A DNA stretch of 64,000 nucleotides from Albugo candida. Its lineage: Eukaryota. A program made the translations under genes and the position numbers. Positions within the stretch are counted from its first letter, which is position 1; each line of letters starts with the position of its first letter. Shown in pieces: positions 1 to 13,642 of the stretch. Where the stretch lies: contig JBDOQK010000072.1 in NCBI GenBank assembly GCA_040437565.1, forward strand, positions 62,001 to 126,000, written 5' to 3'. The notes under the pieces are model-generated. The model was given only the letters and a program-made list of their open reading frames with translations, had not been told where the DNA came from and did no database searches.

Positions 1-2688
1 AAGATACCTTGGGATGGCGATACTTTATTTACAGTAAAATCTGACGATGTACTTCAAATTATATCCGGCTTCCGATCAATTGAGACGTAAGCAGCATCGC
101 ATGGTCGGTACATGTCAGCAATTGGGAATATCGGACTACGAATCTTCTATTTGAATGGGCGTATTTCTGGACAGCCATCAACTGAGACTTTGGAATATTG
201 AGTTCTCCTCATAGGGACATATATCCCGCGGACCATGACTCTGTCAGGTCGAAAAATGCTACCTTCCATCAAGCAAGCCTTGTTGTAAGCGAAGTTGATC
301 TTTATTGAGCATTTTGACTTGATAAACTCAAAAAAAATAGATGACGAAGTTATGCACTTATACGTCTCACCAGTAATTGTCACGTTCTAGTTCCATGTTC
401 GCAAAGGCCTCATGCAGATAGATCTTGCCCCAATATTGATTATGCGGTTGGGCAGAAGTCACAGTTTAACGGTAGGGATAACATAAGTAGTGTGGTTCCA
501 TATATTGTGGTGGTGATTCGAGCCATGATCCATTTTCTAAAGGATCATCACAATCCAATAATCCGGAAACATTTATATTCGTACGTACCACCTTGCTAGG
601 GGTCTTATCAGCATATCTCAATCTCCTCAGCGAAAATTTCGTGGGTTTTGACTGTGCTTTTGTCGAGAAACTAGGGTATCGCAAGTGCGGGTCGACAGTT
701 GAGATGTAAAAGGTGGGTTCGCAAAGATTTATCATGGCATTTTACATGGCTTACATGGATCGTAACCATGACAAATCTTCTCTTTTTCAACGCTGCTGGC
801 CCGACAAGATCAAACCCTGAAATTGCCATTATGTACCGTATAGACCTCCCATCTAGCGATTCTTCTCCATTGAAAGAGACGAGGTACTATGATCCACAAG
901 ATGTGGGAAATCAGGACCATACGCTTCGTTTTACTCCTTAACCAAAGACTTTTACAACCTAATTAGCGTTTTCGTCGAAACGTAAAAAAATTCTTTTAGT
1001 TGGAAAATATCTGTGCAGAGTTTGATCGTGGATAGGATGCTGGCGTACTGGCTGTATAGACGGACGCTCGGTACTGACAAATTTCTAGATAGGATTTAAA
1101 AGATGATCTAAAGAAGATCTATTCATTTATGCAGTATGTAGATCACTGTCGCTTAGATTACGGTCTTGATGCTCCAGCGATCGTGCTCAAGTCAGCGAAC
1201 CTAAGCCTGAGAAGGATCTATAATATATTGTGATCAAGAAAGATATATACATTTGGTAATAAATGGATCAACTACCGACGACAATGTATAAAGAGGCTAT
1301 AAAGGGTTTAGGAACGTCCGCTCAACAATAACATATTCGTTATGGTGATGATAGCGACGATGGTAGGTCATTGGATATCACAAATCCGGCAATCAACAGT
1401 GCCGAGAGGTTTACAAAGCTCATGCTCGTAACCGCGTTGATCGCTTTCCTAGCGTTAGCAGACATTGGGTGGGGGACCATCGCTACTTGATACTTTTGTA
1501 TTCAGCTTTAATACAAGGAATGAGACGAAACCAATCACTGGCAGTTACGATACAGTATAACTCGATATACTTGATCCCGTACGTTAATCTTACTCCCGAG
1601 CATTTCCTGAAACAAAACTCTGTCGACAAGTAGTCTTTCTCGTCGGACATGCATCTGTACAGGAATGACATGAACGCCAACAACTAGTTATGGGATCATA
1701 AACGTTTCTCCTACCTTTATGGCAGAATATTCGTGCGTTATTGGTGGATTTCAAGTTTGGATAGAAGTTGCTCAAGGAGCGAGATCATAGTGCTTACTGT
1801 CACCATCATATAGGGTGATCCCTGATGCAGTTTACTTGGCCGTATATTGTCATTAGGCACAGGGTGCTTTAATGCATTCGCGTGATTCTTCAACTCAGTC
1901 GATTCGACTCCATTGAGTGAAATCACTAACTTTCGTCTTAAGAGAGAAGATGGAAGAGATGAACGATCACGCAAAAGGGTACAAGAACGGGTCGAAAATT
2001 CTAAGAAGCCAATGAACGGGCTTTAATTGGCTCTTAAGTTTACTGTTGAGGCCCCGCGGTCATAATCTTGCTAAAATTCGCTCAAGCATGAATCGGTATA
2101 ATACGACATTTGAAGTCGAAGTAATCGTGGTAGATTTGAATAAAGCCAAATCTCAAGCTCAAGGAATCGATTTGAAGGATTTTGGCGTCAGCCGACAAGT
2201 ACGGCTTTAAACTAGGCACAAGACCAATGTTGAAGCAGAATCATTGTGAAGCGAGAGATAAATTGCACGAAAAGTAAACTCTTCTTGCTTCCGCGTGTAA
2301 GGCTCTTGCTAGAAACGGCCAAGGCAGGAAGAGTAATGGAGGTAAAACGAATAAGCTCCGATAATGTAGGGATTGCTAGATGTTCTGAATCACCTCAAAA
2401 GAATGCCTCGCTCGAATGGATCGAATAGTACTCGTACAAGCATACTGCTACGTGTATGAGAAACAAATTCGTACTGATGTGGAATAGACTTCAGTAAAAA
2501 ACGCCTAACGGGAGGATTTGTCCGATACATTCTGAGCTCTCTGTTTGAGCAAGCAACGCGCTACGAAACGTAAAATTTGCATGCGTAATCTTTGGCCGAT
2601 AGCTTTTCTTAGAACGAAATGTCGCGATATGCGTATCCACTTTCGATAAACTATGGTGTATAGATAAACCAAGATGTTATATATTTTT

Positions 2689-3356
2689 GGGAATTGCTAA
2701 ACTCCCCCTCGCTTTTTACTAAACTCACCCCAAGCAGTTTTTAACCAGCAATATTTCATCATTTTTGATATTTTAGCCAATCACCCTTGATTGTTTTAAT
2801 CAATCATGAATCACCAAATTTTTAATATCGGTGGGCGTTTTGGACATCGAAATATACCTTCAATTATCTACCTCCCGCAAAATGTCTACCACAAGCCTCC
2901 TGGACTTGACGTGGATCTCTCTCAGGACGTTGAACAAGCAATTAGAGTTGCGGCACTCTCTGACGGCTTTCCAGTGAAAGTTGCACGATGCAGAAAAGTC
3001 GGAAACCGTCATGAGAACGAACTGCGAGTAAAAGTTTTCAAGTGCGAGCATGCTGGTAGTCATCACGACCCAGATGGCCCCGAAAACGCAAGGAAACGAA
3101 GCCATTAATGTTTTAACTGTCCTTTCCAAGTCACTTTAAATCGCAGGGAGCCAGGGTTTTGGAATTTGGAGATAGATAATAGTACTCACAACCATGACCT
3201 TGTGCACCTTAGTGCATATTCTTCTGTACGCAATGCCAGGAGTTGCAGCTTGCGTCCTGCATCAGGTTCAATTTTTATCAAATCAATCAGAATGATTGAC
3301 TAAAATGATGAAATATGATTGGCTAAAAATTGCATGGGGTGAGTTTAGCAATTCCC
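2689..3356 (+). mobile_element. Non-autonomous Mutator-like element (MULE) carrying a FAR1/WRKY-GCM1-type DNA-binding fragment
   Basis: TIRs gggaattgctaaactc ... gagtttagcaattccc. The internal frame reads ...GFPVKVARCRK...VFKCEHAG...H*CFNCPFQVTLNR...WNLEIDNSTHNHDL, a C..C..HxH motif typical of MULE transposase N-termini. Confidence 0.8.
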
Positions 3357-3360
3357 ATAT

Positions 3361-6017
3361 GGCCACCGCTGTGGCCACAGACATCAATACTACGGCCACA
3401 GACAATGGATATAACCAGTCACATCTCACAAAATTTAATTGTTGCAAAGTACGCCAACCGATCAGGTTACTTGTCTACTTTCATAAAGGAGCTGACTCAC
3501 GTATCGGGCTAGAGATCCGCAGCACTCTGAGCAGGCATGGACATGGAGCACTAGCAGAACGAACAATACACCGCCCGGGAGACCATGGAAGAACATATGA
3601 ATGTGGTAGGTGCTGCAAATGGCTATGGATTCATCACCAAGTCCTCATACAAAGAGAACGAGATGGACTACAAGTTGTTCACTACAAACGCGATCATGGA
3701 GGCGTAGATTAAAACCGTCACGGACTTGTCCAAGAAACAAGGGTTTGAAAGGATAAAGGCAGTGCACTCATTGATTGTTCTTTCAAAGACGTTGGACAGG
3801 AATCGAAAGTCAAAGCCATGCATCGTGGCTGAGTGAGTTCACCGAGGAATTCAACGTTCACGTTAACTATCTCCTCCCAGTTACAGACGGCACCTGGTCC
3901 TTTACAATTACATGTAACGAGCATAGCCACGAACCTTCCACCGTCAGGACTGCTCATCCAGTTCACACGCGCATCTTATAGTCTCAAGAGGAAGAAATTG
4001 CTGGACTCTTTCAGTCAGGTTTGAAAGCTAGGCAGGTTTAAAGCCATCATGCGAGAGCAAGGACAGCAATTGGAACTCACTGAGCGCAAGCTCTAGAATT
4101 TGAAGCAAAGAATGCAATCAAGAAACTCTATGGACGAATTCCAATGAATATGCTTTTCGAAACCTTCACGGACTTTGGGTTCGAAATAAATATCGAGAAA
4201 GATTCCGATGGGCACATCACACATTTGTTCTTCGCTCAGTTAAAGAATGTGGAACTCTTAAAGAACCGCGACGTCTTGTTGCTAGATTGCACCTATAAAA
4301 CGAGCAAGACGAGGTTTCTTTTGCTTCACGTTGTCGGAAATACCATGCTATATTCCATGTCCTCGGCGGCCTTCGTTTTCATAAAGAAAGAGGAGACTGA
4401 TTCGTATGTTACCGCCATCAACTTTTTAGGATGACTTTTCCACGCCGACCAACAACCGAAAGTATTCGTTGTTGACGGAGAGCTTGCTCTCATGAACGCT
4501 TTTCGGATAATTTTTTCTTTGGCAACTATCCTGCTTTGCATTTGACAGATTGAGAAGAATGTCTTCGCCAAATGCAAGCTCCATTTTACTTGAAAGGATG
4601 ATGTGTGATAAGCATTTTCAAAGGATTGGAGATCGATAACTTGCCATTTGTTATTTGTGATCAGTTTTTTCATTCATGCTCCAAGTAATTCATTGTTGTG
4701 CAGGTAATTTACTCAAACACGATCACGGACTTCAATGAAAATTGGGAAAGTTTCCAACTTATATGGACAGAACGCTACACGGAATATGTGGAGTATCTGG
4801 CCAACACGTGGATCGATCTTCACAAAGAGAAATTCGTTCGAGCATGGACAAATTCGATTCCGCACTTCGGTCACACAGTCACTTCACGCGGAGAAGGTTC
4901 CTACCATGTCGTCATCGCAAGAAGCATGGATTGGGTGTCGCGAGCGGATAGTTCAGTCCATAAGAAGCTTCCAGATCGAATTCCCCACAGAACTGGCGAA
5001 GCAGCAAATGAAAAATATACCTCTCGCGCAGCCGACTCCATGTGGTGACATTTTTCAACATATCTACCGGAAGATCTCATATCACGTCCTATTCCTTTCT
5101 TCCTACCTTTTTTCCAATCATTAAAGTTTCGCAATGACAGCTGGAAAAAGCTCGACGTCCAATGGCAACCGGCGCAAAGCCATGCTCCTCTTCTTTTTCT
5201 ACCATCTGGGGGATACCTTGTGAGCATCAGTTGCGGTAGATCATCGCAAGCGGGAGGAGGCTTGAATTTAGCGATTTCGATGTTCGTTGGCACCTTCATC
5301 AACTCCTTTCAGTACGACCTCCAGCTGCAGGCCACCCAGATGATGCTTTGCCAGTACTTTTCGAAATATTACGCGACAATTTCAGTAACTACCTCGGCAC
5401 CACAAAAAGGCAGTCTTGGACGATCTGGAAGAGATATCACAGGTATTTATGGGGGATTGGTTATCTCCGTTTGATATTTCAATGAGTACTAACGCTATTC
5501 AATTAAGCAGACAACCCAAGTCCTCGAAGGGCCGGGGGCTGCTAGGACAAGAGGAAGACCAAAACCTCGACGCGACGAGCCCCTTCCCAATTTGAATACG
5601 TGGAGGGGATGCATCCCAGGAAGAGGAAGGCGCCAACGTGCGGTGCTTGTCATCAAACGGGACACCGACGTTCATCTGTAGCGTGGCCCGTCAATGCATA
5701 GAGCCGAAGTCAATATCTCGCAACAGTTGAATGTCATCCCATCGAAGATTCTCAACAGCAACAGCCACCTTTCCAAGATCCTACTCCTTAGAGTACCTAC
5801 TATTAACCTACCGTATATAGATATGAGGGAAAAAACGTACCTACGCTGGAACAATATAAACAAAAACAGCGTAAGAAGCAGAGTGAGCTTGTGTATAAAA
5901 GTAGACCAGTGACCTGATTGGATGGCGTACTTAGCAACAATTAAATTTTGTGAGCTGTGATTGGTAAGATCAATTGTCTATGGCTGTAGTATTACAACTG
6001 TGGCCATAGCGGCTCCC
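3361..6017 (+). mobile_element. Full-length but degenerate MULE with transposase pseudogene
   Basis: ~120-bp imperfect TIRs (3361-3480 vs ~5899-6017) and a perfect 9-bp TSD ttcccatat (3352-3360, 6018-6026). Fragments include DGTWSFTITCNEHSHEP, VLLLDCTYKT (DDE core), VFVVDGELALMNA, WIDLHKEKFVRAW..HFGHTVTSRGEG and the C-terminal knuckle CGACHQTGH. There are many stops and frameshifts. Confidence 0.9.
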
Positions 6018-6394
6018 TTCCCATATTTAGGGAATCGTTATATAAATTAGCGGCAATCGTGGCCTCTGATTGGTTTAAACAAATACAACAGAATAAATAA
6101 AGGGAGCCTTTAGTATTCCCTCCCCCTCTTGATAGTATTTACTCACCCCCTAATTAATTGGCTGAAATACACTTAAATTGATGTTAGGCGGAAATTACTG
6201 ACCACGCACCATCAGGCACGGGGACTCACTTTCAATTACACCTCGGCACAAACACACTACAAATTGAATTCGTCTTATCAACCCTATAAACTCAGCACAT
6301 ACACCACGAACTGCGCAATAAAGCTAAATAAAAAAGAGAAGTAGGGCTTTCATTTCGCAAACTCAGATACTAAATTAGGCCTAAAAGTTGTGGA

Positions 6395-7400
6395 ATGAAT
6401 GGTTCACACACAGAAGAGTTGATACAATGGGACTACATATCATGTGGTGGTGGTGGTGGTGCTGAGCAGATATTCCGGGGTGAAGCAGGCGGATCCCGAC
6501 CTTCAATGCAAGTACGCGTATTATGGCCCTCTCTTGTGCATTTCCTGCATCGACGTCGGAGGGGAGCCTCTAACTGATTTTCAAAGCGCTCAAACTGGGA
6601 AGGATCACGTCACGTAGATCCTGTTGGCCTCCCTTGTCTGCATCATTACTGGGTCATGTACGGTACGATCCGGAACCTGTAGTACATGGTCAAGCGATAC
6701 CCTTTTTCGATAATTATTAGCAATTGCATATTGGTGAGTAACACCTGCCAAGGCTTCATCGAACCTGGGAAGGTCTAAAAAGAAATTATTCTCAGAGGCT
6801 GAATTAGCCACCAGTGTTGATCAAAGTCGTAAATGGTAAGATCCTCTTGGCGTGTACGCATTGCATGTTTATAAGGATGGCCCATTGTTGAGGTAAGCAA
6901 GCCTCGGCAAGTTACGTGATCAACTTCGACATTATCAAAGCGCTTTATATAAGCTTGATGGAAGCTTCAATCCTGGCTTCGAGATTTCGCCCATGACTTC
7001 CGAGAACATTACAACGAAATGCAAGGTCACAATTGTTCATTGTTTTGCATTTTCATGAACAATTGTTGTAAGCTGGCCATCAATGTCAACTGTGAGAAGA
7101 TCGTCAGTGGAGACAGAAATCCACTTTTTAGAGCTGCATGTGCACTCACCACCCGCGCAGTGGTGCAATGACCATAGTGGCGTTTATTTTTCGAAAAAAA
7201 GGAAGTCACAAATCGATCTCTCCATGTACTCCACATTTCTTTTACATAGCGCATCAAATTTGGTCTATTGCTTGCTTTGCCGCTGGCATAACAGCAAGAA
7301 CATTCTTGAAAAGCAAAAGACAGCATTTCAAACCTCGGAAGCCTGTCAAGAATTTAACCAAGACTGGAATCAACTTGTTGCCACCACAGCCATAGCAGAT
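6395..7400 (-). mobile_element. MULE transposase remnant (C-terminal half)
   Basis: ORF 7027-7326 reads YVKEMWSTWRDRFVTSFFSKNKRHYGHCTTARVVSAHAALK (MULE 'HxG..TT.R.E..H' region). A zinc-knuckle-like remnant lies near 6500-6560. Boundaries are approximate. Confidence 0.7.
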
Positions 7401-8060
7401 TTTCAGACCTAACTTTCAGGAATGTATGCTACTATGTGCCACTTCCCTTCAGCCTTAAGGAGCTACCTTGCGACAACTTGGCTGATTTACAAGGAGTGGT
7501 TTGTTGCTGCTTTCCTCAACAATAAGCGTCATCATGGGCATTTCGTAACATCCCGGGTGGAGAGCGCTAATGCTGCCCTCAGAAAATGAATCTGTGTGTC
7601 AACAGGTAATTTGTATTGTATCATGATTGTGCTGGCAACAGTCACATATTCTGAATTTCATTGCAGATGATCTACTCTTCGTGGATTCAGCACTTCGCCT
7701 TGCCTGCGAAGGCCAGCTTGCTGTCATTGTGCAGCAAAATGCAAAGAAGCAGGCTCTAGTCCAAATGCAGCTTGGTTTCATGCTCCTAGAGGTGATGGGA
7801 AAAATTTGTCTGCGCGCAGCTCATCGGCATACCAGTAGCGGTTCAGTGATGACCGAGTATTTCAAATTTCGTAGAGTATGAATAACGCAAATAATTGCGA
7901 CTTCGTGTCCCTAACTGCACCTAACTTCAAACTCAATTTACTTATAGGCTTGTTGACATCCAGAATGGGCTATTCTTGCGCCCATGTTTTTGGTCCTTGA
8001 GTGGTTTCACTGTCTGTTAATAATTTTGATCAGCATTGGTGGCTGGGGCAACAACAGCAC
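7400..8060 (+). mobile_element. Second MULE transposase remnant in opposite orientation
   Basis: Reads YLATTWLIYKEWFVAAFLNNKRHHGHFVTSRVESANAALRK, with a SWIM-like MGYSCAH near 7965-7985. Boundaries are approximate. Confidence 0.65.
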
Positions 8061-8199
8061 CAAAACTAGCTGTAGCAGTACATTTAGATAAAGACTTCGA
8101 TTAAGTAGTACAAAATTTGCAGAAACCGAAGTTTTTTGCGATTATTATTGGCCACTTTCTATATGCACCCCCCCCCCTTGATCACTAGCCAATATGGAA

Positions 8200-11100
8200 A
8201 AACACATCAGTCACGGCATTCTACAAATTGACTCTCGAATAAGTCACAATTCGGTCGAAAACAATGCCAAACACTATCAAATTGAGAGCTTTGACCATCT
8301 CGTGAAGCATATGGAGAGCTCTTCCAAGCACTTGTTTCGCCTTTAGGATAGTTCTTTTCGTCTCGTGCCGATCGAAAATGTCACAAAAAAAGTATCACCG
8401 TGACATCAAACCTGAGGAAGATTACAGAAGATCCATGCGAAAGAAAGAAGAAAAAGCTACTTGATTCGATTCAAGTTTCCCTAGAGCAAGACCATCTGTT
8501 AACTCTCTTAAGTACGACTGAAATGGCGGAAGCGATCAAGCACATGCAAAGTAATTCTGCTCGAGATATGGATGGACTACCAGCTGCATCTTATCAGCTT
8601 GATCCGGAAACGTTTGTCGAGTGTCTGAAGATCGTGTTCGAATATCAGCTGGAAAGATGTATCTTGCTTCGATCACAACGTCACTCGGCAATAACATTAT
8701 TGTACCAAGAAGGATCACGAGGTGATCTTGGAAACTATCGACCGATTGCACTCTTTGCTCGATTTGAAAGTACTTTCAAAAGTGTCGGAGTATCGATTGC
8801 AACGGTTTTTACCAAAACTGATCCATCAAGATCAAAAAGCTTTAGTGCGAGGAAGGTCAATGCATCACCATAATCGACATCCAAGACTTAGTCACTCATC
8901 GTGGGGAGGAAGCTTATGCGACTTTTCTCGACTTTGAAAAAGCTTATGATCGAGCCAATTGGACGTGATGTTTCGCGTTATGTAAAACAATGGGTGTTGG
9001 AAAAGTTTGATCGACAGAGTTCGTCTTCTGTACAATAACACGAAGGCGCAGTTGATGATCAGTGAAAATATCACACCCTCCATTATACCACAACGTGGCT
9101 TAAAACAAGGCGATCCTCTCTCAGCATTACTTTTTCTGGTGACGATCGAACCTTTAGGAAATTTACTTGGACAACATGAAGAACATGTAATTTGGATCAA
9201 TGGCCCGACTGTCGCAACTGCATTATTTTTTGCAGACGATTTGGCATTGCTTGTAGAGACACCAACTGGTGTTTTGACGCAACTCGAACTCGTTCAAGTC
9301 TATTGCGATGCGAAGCTCAGATTTAGCAAATCATCCTTGCTCTCGCTGAATCGAACCATGTCGTGTCCACGTATTTCCAATTTGACCATAATGGGTACGA
9401 AGGATTCGGTCAAGTATTTGGGTATTCCGTTCGGCCGGACGCCACTCATTCGATTGTAATCTTAACTATCGACACGCGTTTTTACGATGGTTTTGGTGTA
9501 CGACGAGAAAGGACTGTCCGTGTCCGACTACTGATCGCGCAGACGATGATTATATCACGTCTGTGTCATTATACGATGCACGTGGATTCACCAGAGGAGA
9601 CAATTTAACAGTATAAGTCAATGTTAAATCGATTTGTAATTGGTCAGAAGCACAAAAATAAGATTCGAAACACGTCCACCTACTCAGCAACTATCTTCGC
9701 AGACATGATGGTGTGTTGCAAGTTTCTTTTTTTTGTGGACGACTGAAGCTACAACGTAATCAATTCCTACAGAAGTTCGTACTCGATGCCTCAACAATTA
9801 TTCCTGCGAATTGACGACTGCTTAGACGGAATTTTCACATCTAATACAACATCCTTTTGGCCCACACAAGCCGGTTGACATATTCACCATCGCGCCAAAT
9901 CGACATGGGGAAATGGTTCAATGGGAGAGAACATCTTCTTGGTGGACACACGCATTTAAAATGTGGCATCAGGTTGATTGGAGCATAGCAACACCAGATG
10001 TGAATGTTCTGCAACGCCGTCGGGTACTACATGGTACTACATGGAGAAATTCATTCTGTTTCGCTGCGACCACGAATTACATTATAGAACTGCTACTCTA
10101 AATCCGAGTACACAAAACGTTTGGTACCCAATCTTGACATGGTGGACGAAGCATATCGGACGCTTCGGAAATCTTTTGCTACACTTTTTGAGATCCGAAG
10201 TCTTCAAGATTTTTTTCGAGAACGCGACACGTGGCCGGTGACAGAAGATTTCGTCGACATATATTACAACGACGAAGAGCTCAATACATCGGATATGGCC
10301 GAAGAAAAGTTGCTGAGTCGACTTACACTGAAGTCACTCAGATACTACAATGTATCCACTCGACGATTGGTCTTTTCACTTGAATCCAATCAAGCTCAAG
10401 TGGCAGACTGTTTTTTGCGGGAGTTCAAAACAAGGAGAGGAATCATTATTTACCATCTATTTCACGCCGTCAACTCTCACGAATCGTCTGGAAGCCTACC
10501 GAACCAAGAGTCATCCGATGTCAACAAACTGGTTGATCATCACGGGAGAGATCGGACGCAATGGATTCAGAAGAAGTTGCAACATTTATGGCTACATCAC
10601 GGAATCTTTGAAAATTCGTCTTACCGATTTTCGAAGATCTACTGTTTCGTCTAGTCTTTCGGATGCTGCCAGTTTGATCTTGTTTCTGATTCAAAGACTA
10701 AGAATCCATTAAAANNNNNNNNNNNNNNNNNNNNNNNNNNNNNNNNNNNNNNNNNNNNNNNNNNNNNNNNNNNNNNNNNNNNNNNNNNNNNNNNNNNNNN
10801 NNNNNNNNNNNNNNAAAACAAGGAGAGGAATCATTATTTACCATCTATTTCACGCCGTCAACTCTCACGAATCGTCTGGAAGCCTACCGAACCAAGAGTC
10901 ATCCGATGTCAACAAACTGGTTGATCATCACGGGAGAGATCGGACGCAATGGATTCAGAAGAAGTTGCAACATTTATGGCTACATCACGGAATCTTTGAA
11001 AATTCGTCTTACCGATTTTCGAAGATCTACTGTTTCGTCTAGTCTTTCGGATGCTGCCAGTTTGATCTTGTTTCTGATTCAAAGACTAAGAATCCATTAA

Positions 11101-11950
11101 AAAGGCTTCAAGAAACACTAGAACATATGCATCGGGTATTATCCGAGGCCACAAGACAAAAGAAGGAGGCAGCAAGACGCCGCAAAGCAATAAAAAGGGC
11201 GTCATATGTACCAATTCTGAAATTGCGGATTTTGTATTATCCGTTACGTCACCAAGCAGCCGAAAAAATTGGTCTTACGTTGGAAGGGACCAGACNNNNN
11301 NNNNNNNNNNNNNNNNNNNNNNNNNNNNNNNNNNNNNNNNNNNNNNNNNNNNNNNNNNNNNNNNNNNNNNNNNNNNNNNNNNNNNNNNNNNNNNNAAAAG
11401 GCTTCAAGAAACACTAGAACATATGCATCGGGTATTATCCGAGGCCACAAGACAAAAGAAGGAGGCAGCAAGACGCCGCAAAGCAATAAAAAGGGCGTCA
11501 TATGTACCAATTCTGAAATTGCGGATTTTTTATTATCCGTTACGTCACCAAGCAGGCGAAAAAATTGGTCTTACGTTGGAAGGGACCAGACTGTGTGGTG
11601 TCTACATTGAACGATTGGGTGTATGAAATTCGGGAACTAGTGCAGCTCTACGATGTCCACATGCGTCACGCTTCGCGCCTAAAGAAAGCCTTTGGAGGTT
11701 ACGTAGGATCTAAAGCATCATATCGTGTACGTGAATAGAGTCCATTAGTGAAACGATTTTTAGAGTGCCGTCTCAATCGCGATACATAGACATGGAAAAT
11801 CCTGGTGGAATGGATCGCGCTAGATAGTGTGGAAACAGCTGGGAGCTCGCTGCTATAATGCATGAAGATGTTCCGGTCCTGCTGTCGAGGTGGGTCGCAG
11901 ACAATCCCACAGCTGTAGCGATGTGGCGGTCTACTGAACACGACGCTCAA
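8200..11950 (+). mobile_element. 5'-truncated, degenerate non-LTR retrotransposon (L1/Tx1-like RT)
   Basis: RT motifs are spread across frames: DLGNYRPIAL, FLDFEKAYDR, GLKQGDPLSALLF, LFFADDL, VKYLGIPF. No endonuclease domain was seen. The element contains two assembly gaps and its ends are approximate. Confidence 0.85.
10427..11592. other. Two gap-flanking duplications (10427-10714/10815-11102; 11099-11295/11396-11592)
   Basis: Near-identical sequence on both sides of 100-N gaps. Confidence 0.8.
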
Positions 11951-13051
11951 TGGAAGAAGGGGAAGTGATGGGATCTAAATCCCTTGTTTCCCGTATGAAG
12001 TGAGGACTGGGTAGCTGTTGTAGAACAAAACCGAGTAGCTTAAGTACGGTAGGTATAAAATACCTACAACACATATCTTTTTGCTTGATCTTTGCGGTGA
12101 TCAACACGGAGAAGCAGCTACAATCACGGAAGCCGTCTGTGACTTGTGGAATCCGACGATCAACTCTCTTTCTAGAGTGCGATCACACGGCGTAATTATG
12201 GAAGGAGGTTCTCTCTAGTTGGGATCAGTTTTTCTCATCCCGAACACGTTGGTCGCACATTGCATGTGCAATTGTGCCAGCATAACGGCCGGCATGGAAA
12301 GAATGTCAGCAAAGTATATCCGATTTATGGGTTGCATTGCAAGCGGTGGCGCTGCTACTTCTGGACCGATCGGAATCGTCGTTCTTTCGATCAACAATCC
12401 GCAACTCCGACAGTTTCAGCACTTTCCGTGATCTTCATCCCACTTAGTGCACACGTTCGGTACTTTCGAAACCAATGTTACGAGCAAGACGAACCTATTC
12501 GGCTTGCCAAGGGTTGGATCAACTCGCAACGCAAGGATCATTCGGTGGATTTTCGGAAGTCGAAGTTCATTTGCTGCGGGTACGACACAGACAAGTGGAT
12601 ATGCAAAGGTGCAACTCGGATCCTAGTCCTTGTTGGTTCAGTCGAGTGTGGCGCACACCAATTTGAATATACGGTACTTTTGGACCGTTTTTACAACTTT
12701 CTACCATTTACACGAGGACACAGTCTCGTACTGTGGTGGTCAAGACTACCGTAATAACAGGACTATCAACGAGAAGGCATATTATCATCTCTCACAGGTA
12801 ATAAACGAAACGTTTTATATGATTGTATGTTATTCAAGGTAGCATAGGCAACTAGAAAAGACAATTAGTCTCACTTGAGTAATTTACACACCTTAAACTG
12901 ATGCTGTACATCTACGGTAAACGGACATGAACATGGGCTCGAGTGGCTCAAAATTTACGACCCCAATCTGTTGATGAAGCAATTATATGCACGTTGCCAG
13001 GAATCCAGCTGCATGATCAGCAGTAGCGGCTGATTTCGTACGCATAAAGTC

Positions 13052-13642
13052 GCTGGATGATTTCATAGAGGTGAAGCTGCCACGTAATTGGCATCCAAAC
13101 ACCCGAATGAATGTCGGATAGATCATCAGCAAGGAATCCACCCACATCAAAACTTTCATCCGCGAGACCAAGATTCTATTCTTTAGACTCAACTCAAGAA
13201 TCAGCGAATATTTCTGACCTAAATTCTCGATATGAACATCACGCTGTCATACATTCTGACTAGAAAGTTGTTATCGGCCGCTTCGTTCTGCTTCAAGTTT
13301 ATCGGCAGCCTCAACATGATCCTGGATAGTTGGCTTATTGGTATCAACAAGTGACCAAATCATCTTCCACTCTGCTCGCCCAAATTGAGGAATACATACG
13401 ACGACATCCGGTCGAGGTTGTCCCTAAAGAAACTTATCCAAATCCAAATTCGGATGACTTTGTTCTAGTATCCGACGCAAGCGTACCACACGCTCTGGGG
13501 TGCATACGTTATACTTGTCACGAGCAGCAGACTGACTTGTCCCTGATGTGGATGGATTCCTTTCTGATGATCCATCCGACATTCCTTCAGGTGTTTTGGA
13601 TGCCAATTACGAGGCAGCTTCATCTCTAGGAAATGATCCAGC
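13052..13642. repeat. ~100-bp diverged inverted repeat (13052-13149 vs 13545-13642)
   Basis: Opposite-strand ORFs share MWVDSLLMIYPTFIRVF / MWMDSFLMIHPTFLQVF, and the nucleotide arms are reverse-complementary with mismatches. Confidence 0.75.

Noticed and set aside
1..2600. Short minus-strand ORFs with Cys pairs (SCHSC, FCFRKCSG) as effector or integrase relics
   Set aside because: The motifs lie in different frames and are too weak to assign.
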